Positions 47,684-61,433 of a stretch of 64,000 bases of DNA are shown one piece after another. The notes below the pieces were generated by a model. The model saw only the letters and a program-made list of their open reading frames with translations, searched no databases and was not told where the DNA came from. The translations under genes and the position numbers were made by a program. Numbering within the stretch: position 1 is the first letter of the stretch; each line of letters starts with the position of its first letter. This DNA comes from Lepidodermella squamata (taxonomy: Eukaryota; Animalia; Gastrotricha): NCBI GenBank assembly GCA_047495785.1, contig JBLDXI010000001.1, positions 3,782,001 through 3,846,000 on the forward strand. The letters run 5' to 3'.

Positions 47684-50565
47684 ATGGGTTGTATTATTGG
47701 GTCACTCGCCTCTTCAGTGGCGTGTTGCTTCGGAAGCGCAGCGTGCCACTTGTGTTGCGCCTGTCTGCCGTCGGCGAAAAACTCGACAATGACGCGTATA
47801 GCTTACGCAGGAATGCTGCTGCTCGGCACAGTTGTTTGCTTGATAATGTTGGCGCCTGGTTTGTCTCAATCACTTGCGAAAATACCGTATCTGTGCAATA
47901 CTGGCCTGTTTCCCGGCTCTGCCGATCCGTTAATTCAGTGTGAAAAGCTTGTCGGCTACCAGGCTGTGTATCGCGTCTGTTTCGCAATGGCATGCTTCTT
48001 TTTCCTATTCGCTGTTATCATGGTACGTGTGCAGTCTTCGCGAGATCCACGTGCTAAAATTCAAAACGGCTTTTGGTTCTTTAAATTCCTGATATTAATC
48101 GCGCTCTGCGTCGGCGCCTTCTACATTCCCTACGGCGATGCGGATGGCTCTTTCGCTCGCGTGTGGATGGGCATCAGCATGGCCGGCGCGTTCATTTTTA
48201 TCATCCTGCAAATGATCCTGCTCGTCGATTTTGTTCACAGCTGGAACGAGTCGTGGATTTCTAAATATGAAGAAAGTGAAAATAAAGGCTGGTACTGTGG
48301 TATGTTTTTTTGAGATTTATCGATTGATGTAAATGACTCCGTGATGTTTTTTCTTCTCAACAGCTCTGATCACATTCACGCTGCTGTTTTACGGCGTTGT
48401 CGTTGCTGCTGTCATTCTTTTCTACATTTTCTACGCACCTTCGGTAAGTGGATACCTGAGTTTTGCAGAGTCTGAGATTAATTCCTAAATTAGCCTAATT
48501 TTTGTGGCTATTTTGTATTATTAATCTCTATTTTTGCCTTATCTTGATTAATCGCGAAAAAGGAAATTTCCGGAAAATCGATAAGAACTCTTAATTAGTT
48601 GATCCACTGTAAATTTAATTCAAAAACTTCGATGAACGGGAAGAACAATATTCTACCTATTTCTTGTAAAAAAATGGAATTTTAGAATGGGAGTTGAAAA
48701 ATTCATTTTTGAAAGATTTTACACGTCATTCGTTTCCGAAATTAATGGTTTAAAACCGAATTTTACATTCCAACTTGTCGAGGTATTTAATTTTCAAAAC
48801 CTGCCTCAGCTTCATGGCTGTGACCGCTTTTTCCGCATATTCTTGTTTTATGGCTAGCTATTTTTAAGGACATGTTAAATGCATCATTGGCCAGTACACA
48901 CACATCTCCATTTTTTGTAAACAAAACTGTAGTTCTAACCGTGTAGAGTTAGATTTAATTGGTTATCTTTCTAAAAAAGCTGCACTGACCATGTGTTTTC
49001 GTTTGTTTTTCGCCACCTTTTTCGTCGATTGAATAGCTGTGCAAACAAAACAAAACTATAAGCGTGAAGTGGCTTTAAGGGCAGCGCGTAAAGTATACAA
49101 TACGTAGGTAATACCCACTGCTGTACCGTGTGCGAATTTAATTATGCGAATTGACCGCGCCAGAAAATGTACCGGAAAAGAATCGTCTCGTGACAAGTTT
49201 ATTTTTATGTGACGTTTTTAATATAATATTACAGGGATGTACGGCCCATCAAGCTTTCGTCTCCGTCAATTTGATCCTGTCGATTGTCGTCTCGGTGGTT
49301 TCGGTCCTGCCGAAAGTGCAAGAAGGCCTGCCCTATTCTGGCCTCCTGCAATCGTCGGCGATTTCCGCCTACGCCATGTACATCACGTGGTCGGCGATGG
49401 CTAACAATCCAGGTTAATATTCCGGCCGGTTTGAAATATTCATGAAAATTAAGGAGGATTCATTTTTGTTGTCAGACCGTCATTGCAATCCGAATTTGTT
49501 TTCGCACATGACGCCGGCTAATGCCACTGATTCATCGACTACAACGTTATCGCCGAGTAATAACCCGACTAGCAGTGTCGATGCTATCACGATTGTCGGC
49601 ATTTTCATCTGGTTTTTCAGCTTAATTTATTCATGGTATGTTGCAGCTATCAAAAAATAGACTCGAGATGGAAATAAATTAGCCTTTTTAGTGCAGAAAT
49701 TGATTTTTTATTATGGTATAGAATTGAAAAAAATTAGAATGATTTTATTTAGGGGGATTTTTTTCTTTATATAAAAAATTAGAAATATCTGTAATTTTCG
49801 AGAATTCAAATTCTTTTTTTTTTGTTTTAGCATTCGCAACAGCAGCCAGTCGAAAGTTGGCCGCCTCACGCTGAACCCAGGCGCCGAACCTGTTGTCGAA
49901 TCCGGCCATGAAGGTTTGTATTTACCGATCGTTAATTTGTCAATTCCTCGTCACTGAGTTGTGTCTTTTTTGCCTATTTCATTGCCTTGCCTTGCGTTGA
50001 TCATGCTCACTCCGTCTGTCTGTCTCTGAAGGTACCGGGCTCATGTCAGGTGAGTGAGTGCCGTTCTTCGGGACCCTTTTTACCTTTGAAAAAATAACAT
50101 TTCTCCAGCTTGCTGTTTTTGGGAAAGGGTCAATTAATTGCATCTCATACTTTTTTCCTCATTAATTTTTTTTACAATTTTTCTGATTTAATTTGCAATT
50201 AATTGAATTTATTTTCGCAGGAACGAACGAAGATAAGGAAGGTCAGGGCCAGCATGTCTACGACAATGAAACCGAGCAAGTGACGTACAGCTATTTCATG
50301 TTCCATATTCTTCTCATGATGTCGTCCATGTACATCATGATGATGCTGACAAATTGGTACAGGTACGTATCGAGTTCAGCCGTATTTTGAAAAAAATGTG
50401 AATAATTTAATTTTTTTTATCAACAGTCCGTCCGCGGATCTCACCTCGCTGAGCACCAACCAGCCGGCCATGTGGGTTAAAATCAGCTCGTCATGGCTGA
50501 TCTACGCGCTGTATTTGTGGACAATGGTTGCGCCGCTCATTTTCCCCGATCGGGACTTCTCTTGA
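47684..50565 (+). CDS. SERINC: Serine incorporator (SERINC/TMS1)
   Basis: MGCIIG...[71 protein letters not shown] and [10 protein letters not shown]. Exons ~47684-48299, 48364-48443, 49234-49412, 49477-49635, 49831-49913, (50032-50049), 50221-50362, 50427-50565. Confidence 0.95.
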
Positions 50566-52137
50566 GCAGCAAAAATTGCTGGGGAAAAATCGTAAAAATT
50601 CTCGGTGGTCTCGTCGGTTATATTTCAAAGAGATACAAAAATATTGCTTCGTTTTTTTGATTATTTCATAGCGTTCATTCAAGCGTGACTCCTTTTTTCA
50701 TTTCTTGTAACAAAAATCGAGCGTGTCAATTGATTATCGCATATATACAGGCACATATATCCGTCGTTTTTAATTTCAGTTGCGAAAAATGCAAAATAAA
50801 ACGTGCAAAAAGTTGACGCAGCGTGGGCAGTTTTGTGCTCATCCGTTGAAAAGTGTTGTTAATGGTGCGAAATAAAATATGCAGGAAGTTGAGTCTAGGC
50901 GTGCTGTAACGGACTGCGGCTCAGGTGCAAAGCGCCAGCCAGCCAGCCAGCGGTTTTGTTGTTGTTTTGTTATTTCAGCAGCAGCTGTTAATTTGCGCTG
51001 TATGATGAAGAAACAGCGCTACCTTAATGCAATAGATAAATTCGCCCAGGTATAGTTGGATATATCGCGCGCGGTTGGTTCAATTACTACGCGTCAAATT
51101 GATGCGCGCACAACACAGCGTGACTACACGCCCGACTTGATTTAACGTCGTTTTTTATTAGCGTCTATTATTTTGCGGGCGCACTGATAATATATACCAA
51201 AGTGTTATTATTAGGCTTCATAAGCGCGCTATCGGAAGCAAGGAAAATAACACAGGTAAACACCGCGATAATGTCATGCCTTGTTGGCCAAACAAAAATA
51301 ACAGACATCGCCCGCCGCTGCCCATCTCCTCATCCCCTCTTTTGCGCATATATTGACCGCGGCAATATTGGTAGAAAAAAAACCAAGCGCACCCGCGATC
51401 GCATTTTATTACAACAGCTACCTGTGTGCTGCGGTAATAAAGTCAAGTTTTTTTAATAATCGCCGCGTCCATTTTTATTGCTGCTTCAAGGTGCGCACTT
51501 GGGTTTTTTTTCATGTGTGAGCGCGCCAAAAAGTCCTGCGGCGATTAATACAGAACAATAACAGAGGCTCAAGTGCGAAGGTATTTTTTGCGCGCAAATC
51601 TATACACCAACTTTTTACCGATCGGCTAATCGCGCACCGGTGAAAAGATGATAAGAGGCGCAATAATCAGTCGTTAATAATGAGCTGTTGAAGTGCATAC
51701 TTACTCAAAATTTCCCAACACATAGAAAAACTATTTCTTAAATTTTTCAGTTTTTGATCTTGTCTTGAAATCATTTTGCGCAACTAAACAGATTCGAAAA
51801 TCTGTCTTTCTAATAATAACAAGCGTGAAAAGTACATCAAATTATTTCCAAGTCGAAAAGATGTCTGCGGAACTCTATTTAGTTCAATGGAATGTGCTAT
51901 TTCCGGCGATACAAAATAAAATTTAATTATTTTTAATTGATTTTTTCAGATTTTGAATCAAATTTTCAATTTTATTAAGACAAATACGCCTAGTCAATTA
52001 AAAATGTCTACTTAGCCATAACAACTAATTCTACGTTGCCATTACTTGAGACATTCCTTATTTCCTTAGTCCACAAACGAATACATTTTTTTAAATATTT
52101 TAGTTCCAACTAATTTTTAAAATTTATTTTAGTGATA

Positions 52138-54198
52138 ATGCGCGACTCATCGACTATTATGTCGGTGGTCATAAATGCCTCAGATTCCAGGTATCACCCT
52201 AGCTTCAGTAACATCGACCTACCCGAGCGAATTGCCAATGTCGTGGCAATAATTCCTATATTAGCCGTTGGCATGTTCGGCAATCTTGTCGTTCTTCTCG
52301 TCGTTGCAACCGGCCGCCACCAGGCCCAACGATCGAAAAGCAACGCCTATGTTTTCTTACTCGCAATCACCGATCTCATATTTCTTATCAGCGCGGCCTT
52401 GCCGAACCTCACTCGATACGCAAGTGGCCTTAGAAATTGGCTACTACCCGATTTTTTGTGCCAGATCTGCGTGTTTCTCAGCTACGCCTCGGCTAACAGC
52501 GGCGCCATGATTATCGCGTGTTTTTCTGTCGCGAGGCTAGTCGCGGTCAGTCACCCTGATTGCCGACTCGCCCGGTCGACCTTCGCGCAGCAATTAGGAT
52601 CGCTGAGCGTGGTCTTAATCCTCGCGACGGGCTACTCTTCGATTTGGCTGTTCAACATCGGAGTTGCGTCTCAGTCGGGCGAATGCACCTTTCTGCACAG
52701 CCGCAATAGTTACCTCGTCATTTTTCTCATCGATTTTGCGGCGTTTTTCGCGTTTCCTGTCTTCATCATGGCGGTGGCGAATGGCGTCCTTATTCATCAG
52801 ATTATCACGCTGCGGTTGACGAGTGCTGATTATTACAATGGTGACGGGAACAAATCTGGTGAAAAATTCTCGTCTTCGCTGACTTTATCGACGAAAAATT
52901 CAAACAATTCAGGTAAAAAAAAAGAAAATCAATTATTATTTTTTATCAAATTTTTATTCAATCCCTCATTTTTAGTTGGGGATTTGTATTTTGAGATTAG
53001 GCCATGTATTTTAGGGAAGAAAATGAACTGATGGATCAAGTTCATTATAATAAAAAGAAAGAATAGAAGAGGAAATAAATTTCAATGAAAAGTGTAAAAG
53101 TTCAGGGAAAATTAAGGGAAAATTAGGAAAATTTGGTTGGCAATAGTTAGAATAGTAGACGAGGAGCAAAGTTATGGACTCAATACGAACGACGCAAGGA
53201 GGTTGAGAAAGAGGAGAAAGAGAGGAATGGAATTGAAAATGTAATGGAGAATGGAATTTTTTTCGTAGAATTGGGAAGGATGGAAAATGATAGAATGCGA
53301 TTAAGAATAACATTGGAAAGGGAAAGGGAGATAAGGATCCATATCCCCAGAGGGGAATCCAGGATCCAGAGATGAAATCAGGGAGGAATCCAGGATCCAG
53401 GGTTCTTGAAGGGGTAACGGCGATCGAATTATATGGATGCTGTGGAGATTTTTGGAGAAATTATTGTATTAGAGGAAAAAGGGGTAAAGCTTCAGGAAAA
53501 GGTTCCAACGGGGAAAAAATATTCGGAATAAAAATATGGTTTTTTCAATTTATCCAGGACAAAATTCCAGCTCGCCGTCATTGCGATACCTACCTCGAAA
53601 ATCTATCGCAGACGGGCAGATTGCCACGAAAATTCTCGTCACAGTCTCGGTGGTGTTCATCGTGACTTGCCTGCCGTACCGCCTTCTCGTCGTCCTCAAC
53701 TCAGTGGGCCTGAGCCGCGGCCTGAAAAGCGCCTCCATCTACCCGTGGGTGACTCATGTGTGCCGGTGGTTGTGGTACGCCAACAGCGCCATCAACCCGA
53801 TATGCTACTCGTTGATCTCACAAAAATTTCGACTCGGCGTTCGGAAACTGCTCACGCTGAAAATGCTGCTGAAACGCGCGAAGCATCGCCATCGCGATTT
53901 TCTACTACAGGCGCGGATGAACCAGCGCGGCAAAAATAACAACAACGTTGACGAACGAGCTCGGCCGAAACACGAGGAATTACTGCTAATGCAAAACAAC
54001 CAGGAACAACCGTTCCGCTTGATTGCGCCAGATAACAAGAAGCAAACGAGCGACAGTAATAACAGCAATTTTAAGCTGGCTGATATCATCAGCCACACTA
54101 GCAATAGCAAAAGCGTTACCTCGCCCCGGCTGGCTCTTACGTCAATCGCCGCCGGGTCACGTGATTTATCAGCTAGTGATCATCAAGTCACGGTTTAA
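52138..54198 (+). CDS. Class A peptide GPCR, TRH-receptor-like
   Basis: GMFGNLVV (TM1), LAITDL (TM2), extracellular W...C, PYRLLVVLNS (TM6, TRHR-like) and YANSAINPICY (TM7). Exons 52138-52912 and 53558-54198. Confidence 0.8.
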
Positions 54199-54440
54199 TT
54201 GTTTTTTTTTGAAAATTATGTTTTTTGCCAATTATTTTTGTCACTTTGTTCGAGTGAAAAATTCAACTTTCTTTTCGGAACATTCTCACATTTTTCAACC
54301 TTGAAATTTTAAAATAAAATAAACAGGCATTCGAGATATTTCTTTTACTCAAAAACAATCCGATTATGGAGTAAGATGAACAGATGAAAAACGGAAGAAA
54401 GTGATAAAAATTGAGCTTTCAAGTTGCGGTTTTCGGATTT

Positions 54441-57400
54441 TTACTCGGCAATATCAGCATTTTCCTGCATGACCTGTTTGAAATAGGCACGATCCACAGC
54501 GCGACGCATCACCGGGTCCGGAACGAGAATTTCCCAAGACACCTCCTGATCAACTGCACAGCCTTCAACGGGACATCTAAAATAATGAAAAAAATTGAAA
54601 AAAATCTAGAATTTTTGGGACATTTTACTTGATTTTTTGGCGGCTATTTCGTCGCGTTTCCATGTATTTCTCGATTGAGGGCCGATCGTAGACGTGGTTG
54701 CAATTCGTGTTTCGGATCGGGTCTTCCATAGCAGCACCGCTGATCGGGCAGTTCATGTCGATTTGACCGTCATCGCCAACTTGCGCAACGTTTTCGGACA
54801 CAACCTCTACGAGAAAAATACAAGGGCTTCAAAATTTATCGCCAAATAATTGCAGAAAATGGGGTAACAATTTTTGAAAATTTGTTTCTTATCACCAGTT
54901 TCTCATCCTGCATGAGCTTATCGCGATTAAGTATTTTCCGGTTATTAGTTCCAAGCCAAAAAAAAACAGTTTTTCAGTTTTCTACAAGACACCGCGAGAA
55001 AAATCAGCAAAAATCAGATCGGCTATATCAACCACCTAATTTAATTACATATACTCAATTTTTCAATGAATTTTTTCAGACTTTTGCACAAACGGGGAAG
55101 ATTTCATGTCTATTTCTATAACATCGAAAAAATCAGAATTTTTTAAATTCGTCCGTTCTGCGACGCGCTTTCCCAGTTGAGACTTCTCCAACCAATGCCG
55201 ATTGGGCATGAGTTTTACTAGAGCAGAACGTGAATATGCTTTTCATCATCGAGTCCCGATCAACCCTGCTGGCCACTTACATGAACAAAATAACGACACC
55301 AGAACGATCTTAAAACATACTAATCACTTCAGAATGACTTAAACACAGCTCTGTGAATTGCTCTGAAACATGTATTTTGATTTTTCGTATAGCTTCTTGT
55401 GAAATTCAGTGGCCACTGGCCAAATGAGAATGTCTTCGACGTGCATTTGCGCAACCGCAAAAAAGTACGGGCACAGTCGGCATGAGATGGCCACGCACGT
55501 CAGCGAAGCTCGCCAGGATGTGGCAGTTTCGAACTCAGAACGACTGGTCGACGCGCGTTCTGCCCAGAGCAGCTTTACAGGTTTAAAAATCTTGGAGTGC
55601 TGAAACGAATCCAAACGGAAGATATCCACTATTCAAACTATTCGATACGAAAGGTCAATGTTCAATTATCCAGCTGTGATAGCGCCAACTTTGGTACTAC
55701 CGATTCGGGCATTCGCCTTGCCGACGAATACCTGAATAACTCTTACGTGACTGCTCTGTGAATGCCTTACATGTTGACTTTTGCTTTTTCGTATAGCTTT
55801 TTGCATTCTTGTGGCCACTGGCCAAATGAGAAGGTCTTCGACGTGCATTTGCGCAATCGCAAGAAAAGTACGGGCACAGTCGGCATGAGATGGCCACGCA
55901 CGTCAGCGAAGCTCGCCAGGATGTGGCAGTTTCGAACTCAGAACGACTGGTCGACGCGCGTTCTGCCCAGAGCAGCTTTACAGGTTTAAAAATCTTGGAG
56001 TGCTGAAACGAATCCAAACGGAAGATATCCACTATTCAAACTATTCGATACGAAAGGTCAATGTTCAATTATCCAGCTGTGATAGCGCCAACTTTGGTAC
56101 TACCGATTCGGGCATTCGCCTTGCCGACGAATACCTGAATAACTCTTACGTGACTGCTCTGTGAATGCCTTACATGTTGACTTTTGCTTTTTCGTATAGC
56201 TTTTTGCATTCTTGTGGCCACTGGCCAAATGAGAAGGTCTTCGACGTGCATTTGCGCAATCGCAAGAAAAGTACGGGCACAGTCGGCATGAGATGGCCAC
56301 GCACGTCAGCGAAGCTCGCCAGGATGTGGCAGTTTCGAACTCAGAACGACTGGTCGACGCGCGTTCTGCCCAGAGCAGCTTTACAGGTTTAAAAATCTTG
56401 GAGTGCTGAAACGAATCCAAACGGAAGATATCCACTATTCAAACTATTCGATACGAAAGGTCAATGTTCAATTATCCAGCTGTGATAGCGCCAACTTTGG
56501 TACTACCGATTCGGGCATTCGCCTTGCCGACGAATACCTGAATAACTCTTACGTGACTGCTCTGTGAATGCCTTACATGTTGACTTTTGCTTTTTCGTAT
56601 AGCTTTTTGCATTCTTGTGGCCACTGGCCAAATGAGAAGGTCTTCGACGTGCATTTGCGCAATCGCAAGAAAAGTGCGGACACAGAAAACGGCAACATGA
56701 GATGGCCACGCACGTCAGCCAAGCGCTTGAAGACGTGGCAGAGACGAACTCCGAACAGGTTTCGAAAAGTAAGTACATATCATCTTGGAGAGGTAAAACG
56801 CATGCACGATCCAAACGAAAGATTTCCACTACATATTCCAACTATTCTATTCCAAAGTTCAAGGTTCAATTATCCAGCTGTAATAGCGCTTCATATTGGC
56901 CACGCTTTCACCGGTTCGCCTAGGCTTCTGCGATATTTCGATAAAAACCCCATTTACTACTTTACTTAAGATTAGTTTCCATTTTCTTATTCGGTTAACG
57001 GTTATATCACGGAATTGATGCGCCAAGGACAGGAAGCACAGATGAAAAAAGTGGCTGATATCGCTATTGATAAAGTTCGCGAGGGAATCAACTGCGAGCC
57101 ATTTCTGTCCCTGATTGAAAACGTACCTTTCGAAATTGAATTTCACATCAGATTCAAAGAACCAGTAATCAAATCGATTTGTTACGAGTTCGTTATAACG
57201 GTTGGATTTAGTTGTTGATGTAACCGCGCCCTTCTCTTGCACAATAGGTACACAATGTTGTGAAATTTCAAGTGGTAACAAATAATCCCAGGCATGTCCT
57301 ACTTTGATTGATAGTAATTTTCGAAAGCAGACGATTCAGAATTTCTAGTCCTTCAACGACGTAGACGGGCTGGAATTTTCCCGAGGATGGCGTGATGATA

Positions 57401-59498
57401 TTGAACTGTCAGTCAAAAAATCGATTGCTATCGCTCGTTATCAAATACGTTCCTCTGCTTGTTCCCTAATGCGAGAAGTGAATTTATCCAAAAAATCCAC
57501 CGCATATAAACAGCGACTGGGTGCTACAAAAAATTAACTCCAGAAGACGTGGATCGACCGGTCGCCCAATCCCATCTAATTCTTACATTTTTTACATTGT
57601 AAAATTGAAATATATCGAGACTGGCTATATTGTTCCAAGTTTGAATGTCATAACTCGATTACGAACAACGACGCCAAAACGATCTTAAAATCACTTCAGA
57701 GGAGTATTTTTTGATGGAAAAAAGGGGCCTCGGTCCATCCAAATGCTATGAGCCCAACTTTGGTTCACCGTGGTTCATCGGTAGACGAATAGTCATACCC
57801 GTTACTATCGAACGGGCATTCACCTTGCCGATAAATATACCTGAATAACTCTAACGTGACTGCTCTGTGAATGCCTTAAAAGTTGTCTTTTGCTTTTTCG
57901 TATCGCTTTTGATTTTTCGTATATATTCTTGTGGATTCTTGTGGCCATTGGCCAAATGAGAAGGTCTTCGACGTGCATTTGCGCAATCGCAAGAAAAGTG
58001 CGGACACAGAAAACGGCGGCACGAGATGGCCACGCACGTGAGCCAGGCGCGTGAAGACGTGGCTGAGTAAGTAAAAATCATAATTGAATGGTGAATGAAT
58101 GCTCAATCCAAACGGAAGATTTCCACCGTTCCAGCAATTCGAGTAAAGGTGAAAGTTTAATTATCCAGCTGTGATAGCGCTTTATATTGGCCACGAGAAC
58201 GCTTTCATAGGTTCGCTTAGGCTTCTGCGATATTTCGATAACAACCCCATTTCCTACTTAAGATTAGTTTTCATTTTCTTTCACGGAATTGATGACGAGT
58301 ACCTGAATGACTTAATCATAGCTCTGCAAATTGCTCTGAAACCTGTCCTTTGATTTTTCGTATTGCTCCTTGTATTCTGACTGGCCCAACTGGCTCAACG
58401 ACAAGTTCCTCGACGTGAATTTGCGTAATCGAAATAAAAGCACGGGCACAGAAAACGGCGGCATGAGATGGCCACGCACGTCAGCCAAGCTCGCGAGGAT
58501 GTGGCAGTTTCGAACCTCAGTTTGTGGCATTTTACTACTTTACTTGAGATGATTTTTCATGTTCTTATTCGGTTAACGGTTTCATCACGGGCAGGAAGCA
58601 CAGATGAAAACACTGGCTGAGATCATTACCAATAAAGTTCGCGAGGGAATCAGCTGCGTGCAATTTCTGACCCTGATTGAAAACGTACCGTTCATATCAG
58701 ATTCATAGAACCGGTACCTAAATCGATTCTTTATGAGGGTGTCGGTTCAACTGAGACGAAATTCCGGCTTCGGTTAAACTTCGAATGCTTCGAAATCTCT
58801 ACCAGCGCAACTCAACTCAAGATGGGTTTAAAATTCCGAACCCAAATGGTCACCATTTAGGAAAATACGGTAAAAAATTTCACGAATCCAAATTTTGGAA
58901 TCCGCCTTAATTTTATAACTTTAACTTCATGACAAATTTAACCTCTGTATCCCCGAAGAAAATTATCTTGCTCAACTCCGAATGTAAAATTATTTACTGA
59001 TAAGCAGGTCGAGTTTCGCCAGCTGGCGTTGGTGAGGCTCGCTAACGCGATCGACCTGAAAAGCAGTCACGAAATCGTTCACATATTCACGCGATTGGTT
59101 CTCGTGTTCAGCAGTCAATTCCTAGAAAAAAAACCCGAAAAATAATTCGATAATGAAAATTGTATTTCCAACAAACAGCGCCCGGCAGATCGTTCAACAA
59201 AGCTGCATAAGCTCGAGTAGTTCGTTCCAGGCTTTGAAAAAATTCAGCCTTGCTTCTTAGCGATTGAAGTTGATCCTTAGCTAAATAAACAATTATTTTT
59301 CGAAATTTCACGGAATTTTCTTTCATCGAATTTTCAACCTTTTGTACCACTGACAACGTCCGATTCGCCCATCATCAGCGTGACATCAACACTTTGAGCA
59401 GCAAATCGAGTCGTGTTTTGAGCGGCTTTCGCGAACAACGCAATCATTTTACCAGAGCGGTCTTCCTCATTTTGACTGTCATCAAGTTGAGCCGGCAT
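54441..59498 (-). CDS. NSMCE2: E3 SUMO ligase NSE2/MMS21 (SMC5/6 complex)
   Basis: SP-RING CPISGAAMEDPIRNTNCNHVYDRPSI...CPVEGC in exons 54806-54629 and 54576-54441. Phase-compatible helical N-terminal exons at 59498-59339, 59280-~59178 and ~59121-58998 give ~230 aa, across a ~4.2-kb intron. Confidence 0.78.
55409..58735. repeat. 403-bp tandem repeat array plus degenerate copies, inside the NSMCE2 intron
   Basis: Identical ORF-track translations recur at 55666/56069/56472 and at 55762/56165 (period 403). Diverged copies follow at ~56675-57200, ~57810-58300 and ~58300-58735. Confidence 0.92.
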
Positions 59499-59622
59499 TT
59501 TTTCACGAGAAAAATCCTAAAATTTCAATGAAAATTATTCAATAAATATTACAACCAACAACAGCAAGTTTATTCAATCAAAATGAGATCGCAATAAATA
59601 TGAGATGATTCAGCAATAATTA

Positions 59623-59859
59623 TCATTTGCTTTCGTTGAGATTGGCATTAGCCTCGGCCATTTGTTCCTTGATCAGCTGGGCTTGCAATTCTTCCAGCTT
59701 TTGCAGCGTAATTGACTTGAGTGGCATAATTTTCGGCTTGCAAAGCACGAATGAAGTCACATCTTCATGGTGAAGCAGACCTCGAGATGGCAAGAAATCT
59801 TTGAATCCAAGTTTACGCGCCTGGGCCGGCGGGGATGGACTCGACTCAGGTTGTTCCAT
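59623..59859 (-). CDS. BBIP1: BBSome-interacting protein 1 (BBIP10/BBS18)
   Basis: LPSRGLL..ED...VLCKPKIMPLKSITLQKLE matches the BBIP10 signature. Confidence 0.9.
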   Translation of the reverse strand: MEQPESSPSPPAQARKLGFKDFLPSRGLLHHEDVTSFVLCKPKIMPLKSITLQKLEELQAQLIKEQMAEANANLNESK

Positions 59860-59958
59860 AATTTCAAAAAATTGTATCAAAAATCTAAAAAATTAAGAAA
59901 ATTAATGATAATTTGAAGATTTTTTTGAAAAATTCAGAGTAAAAAATTGACTATATTA

Positions 59959-61433
59959 TTATAAATCATGAAATTCAGCGCTAGGACCGGGGCAGTTAGC
60001 GGCCAAATCTTCCTGGCCATCGAAAACACAACCGCACCAGACGCAGTAGAAATGTTGAAGGCGTAAATACGCGCTGAGTTCTTCGAGTTGTTCTTCGATT
60101 GGAATTTCCTCTTCCGGCGGCTCTTCATCGCTCGATTTTTCCACAACGGTCTCAGCGAGTTCGGATTCCTCCTTTTTCGGCAGAGCGCTGAGAGGCCAGT
60201 AGAAGTTTTTGAATGGCTGAGTTATCTCCTAAAAATTAAAAAAATGATAAGTCAATGAGAAAAATTTTCAATACAATTAAAATATGTCAAAATTCAAAAA
60301 GACTCGTGGACCAAATTTTCAATGGATTAATAAAATAAAAATCAATTAAGGTATTAAAAAATCAGCACAAAATGATTAAAAAGTGAAATAAAAATGACTC
60401 ACCAATTTTTGGTCGAGGTTCAAGCAAGATTTTCGCGCCGCGTTCAAATCACGCCGAACTTTGTTTTCGTTCAGTCGCTGCCGTTGCAAATCCGCAAAGC
60501 TCTTCTCATCGATCGGATTTCGATGCATCGCAATGACTTTTTGCCTCGCCGCATCTCTTTCCGCCTCCAATTTCGACCGAATCGCCTCCCGGCCCAAACC
60601 AGCTCGACCCTGGCGAAATTCGAGGGGGATCGGCTCTGCTCGGCCTGATTGATCTTTGCCTAGACCAGCGCCAGCTTTATAGCCCATTTTTGACATGAGG
60701 CGGAATCCGATGTTTTCCTCCGGAATCGCCGTGGTGAGGCCTTCTTCGAGTCGATTTCGAGGGTTATTCCGCTTTTGCTCTTCAATCTTCTTCTCATGCC
60801 GCTTTTCGATGGCAATTTTGCGAAGGGTAGATGCGGAAGCTAGTGAGCTGGGTACAGGTTTACTCGAAGTTTTTTTAATTGTAGTAGCAGCAGCTTCGCT
60901 AAAATCAAACAAAATGTTCAATAATTACATGGAGGTGGAATGAAAACAGAAAATAAATAAATTTGAGAAAATTTTGAAAGAAATTTTGCCATCATTCATT
61001 AACTTCAATTGTAATTTCTAAGGAAGCATAGCCCTTCACATGATTTTTCGGAATGATTCATGCTTCTTTATTCTCTTGCCCTCGATTCAGGAATTTCTGT
61101 TTCTCTGTTGACTATTTTGCATTAGGCACCAATTTATAAACCATGAATAACATTTTCAGGTCAAATATACCTCCTGAATTGAAGTAAACACCGGATAAGA
61201 CTTATCCGGTCCGCTATTTTGGGTCGTTCTATGAAACATCGAGCCAAGTAAAATTTGACATACATTTTTATCTCAGCAGTTTATCTAGCTCGAACTTTCA
61301 AAATAAAGAATTCTCAGTACTAGGAAAATTTATTTGTGAAACGCGGAAAAAATGTATGAATATAAGATTGAACTCACCACTGCTTTACTATTTCGTCATT
61401 CATGTAATCATCCTCATCGCTGTCATCAGCCAT
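59959..61433 (-). CDS. GPATCH11: G-patch domain-containing protein 11 (G-patch plus DUF4187)
   Basis: MADDSDEDDYM, G-patch NIGFRLMSKMGYKAGAGLGK...GRAEPI...GRAGLG and YLR..HFYCVWCG...LAANCPG. Exons 61433-61378, 60898-60403, 60227-59959. Confidence 0.92.

Noticed and set aside
55339-56969. Repeated 60-133-aa ORFs on both strands
   Set aside because: They arise from the 403-bp tandem unit (not a multiple of 3) with frameshifts, so they are not credible intact genes.
58290-58420. YLNDLII..FSY fragment reminiscent of a Ulp1/C48 SUMO protease inside a SUMO-ligase intron
   Set aside because: No catalytic His-Trp, Asp or Gln-Cys motifs could be found, and the similarity is too short.
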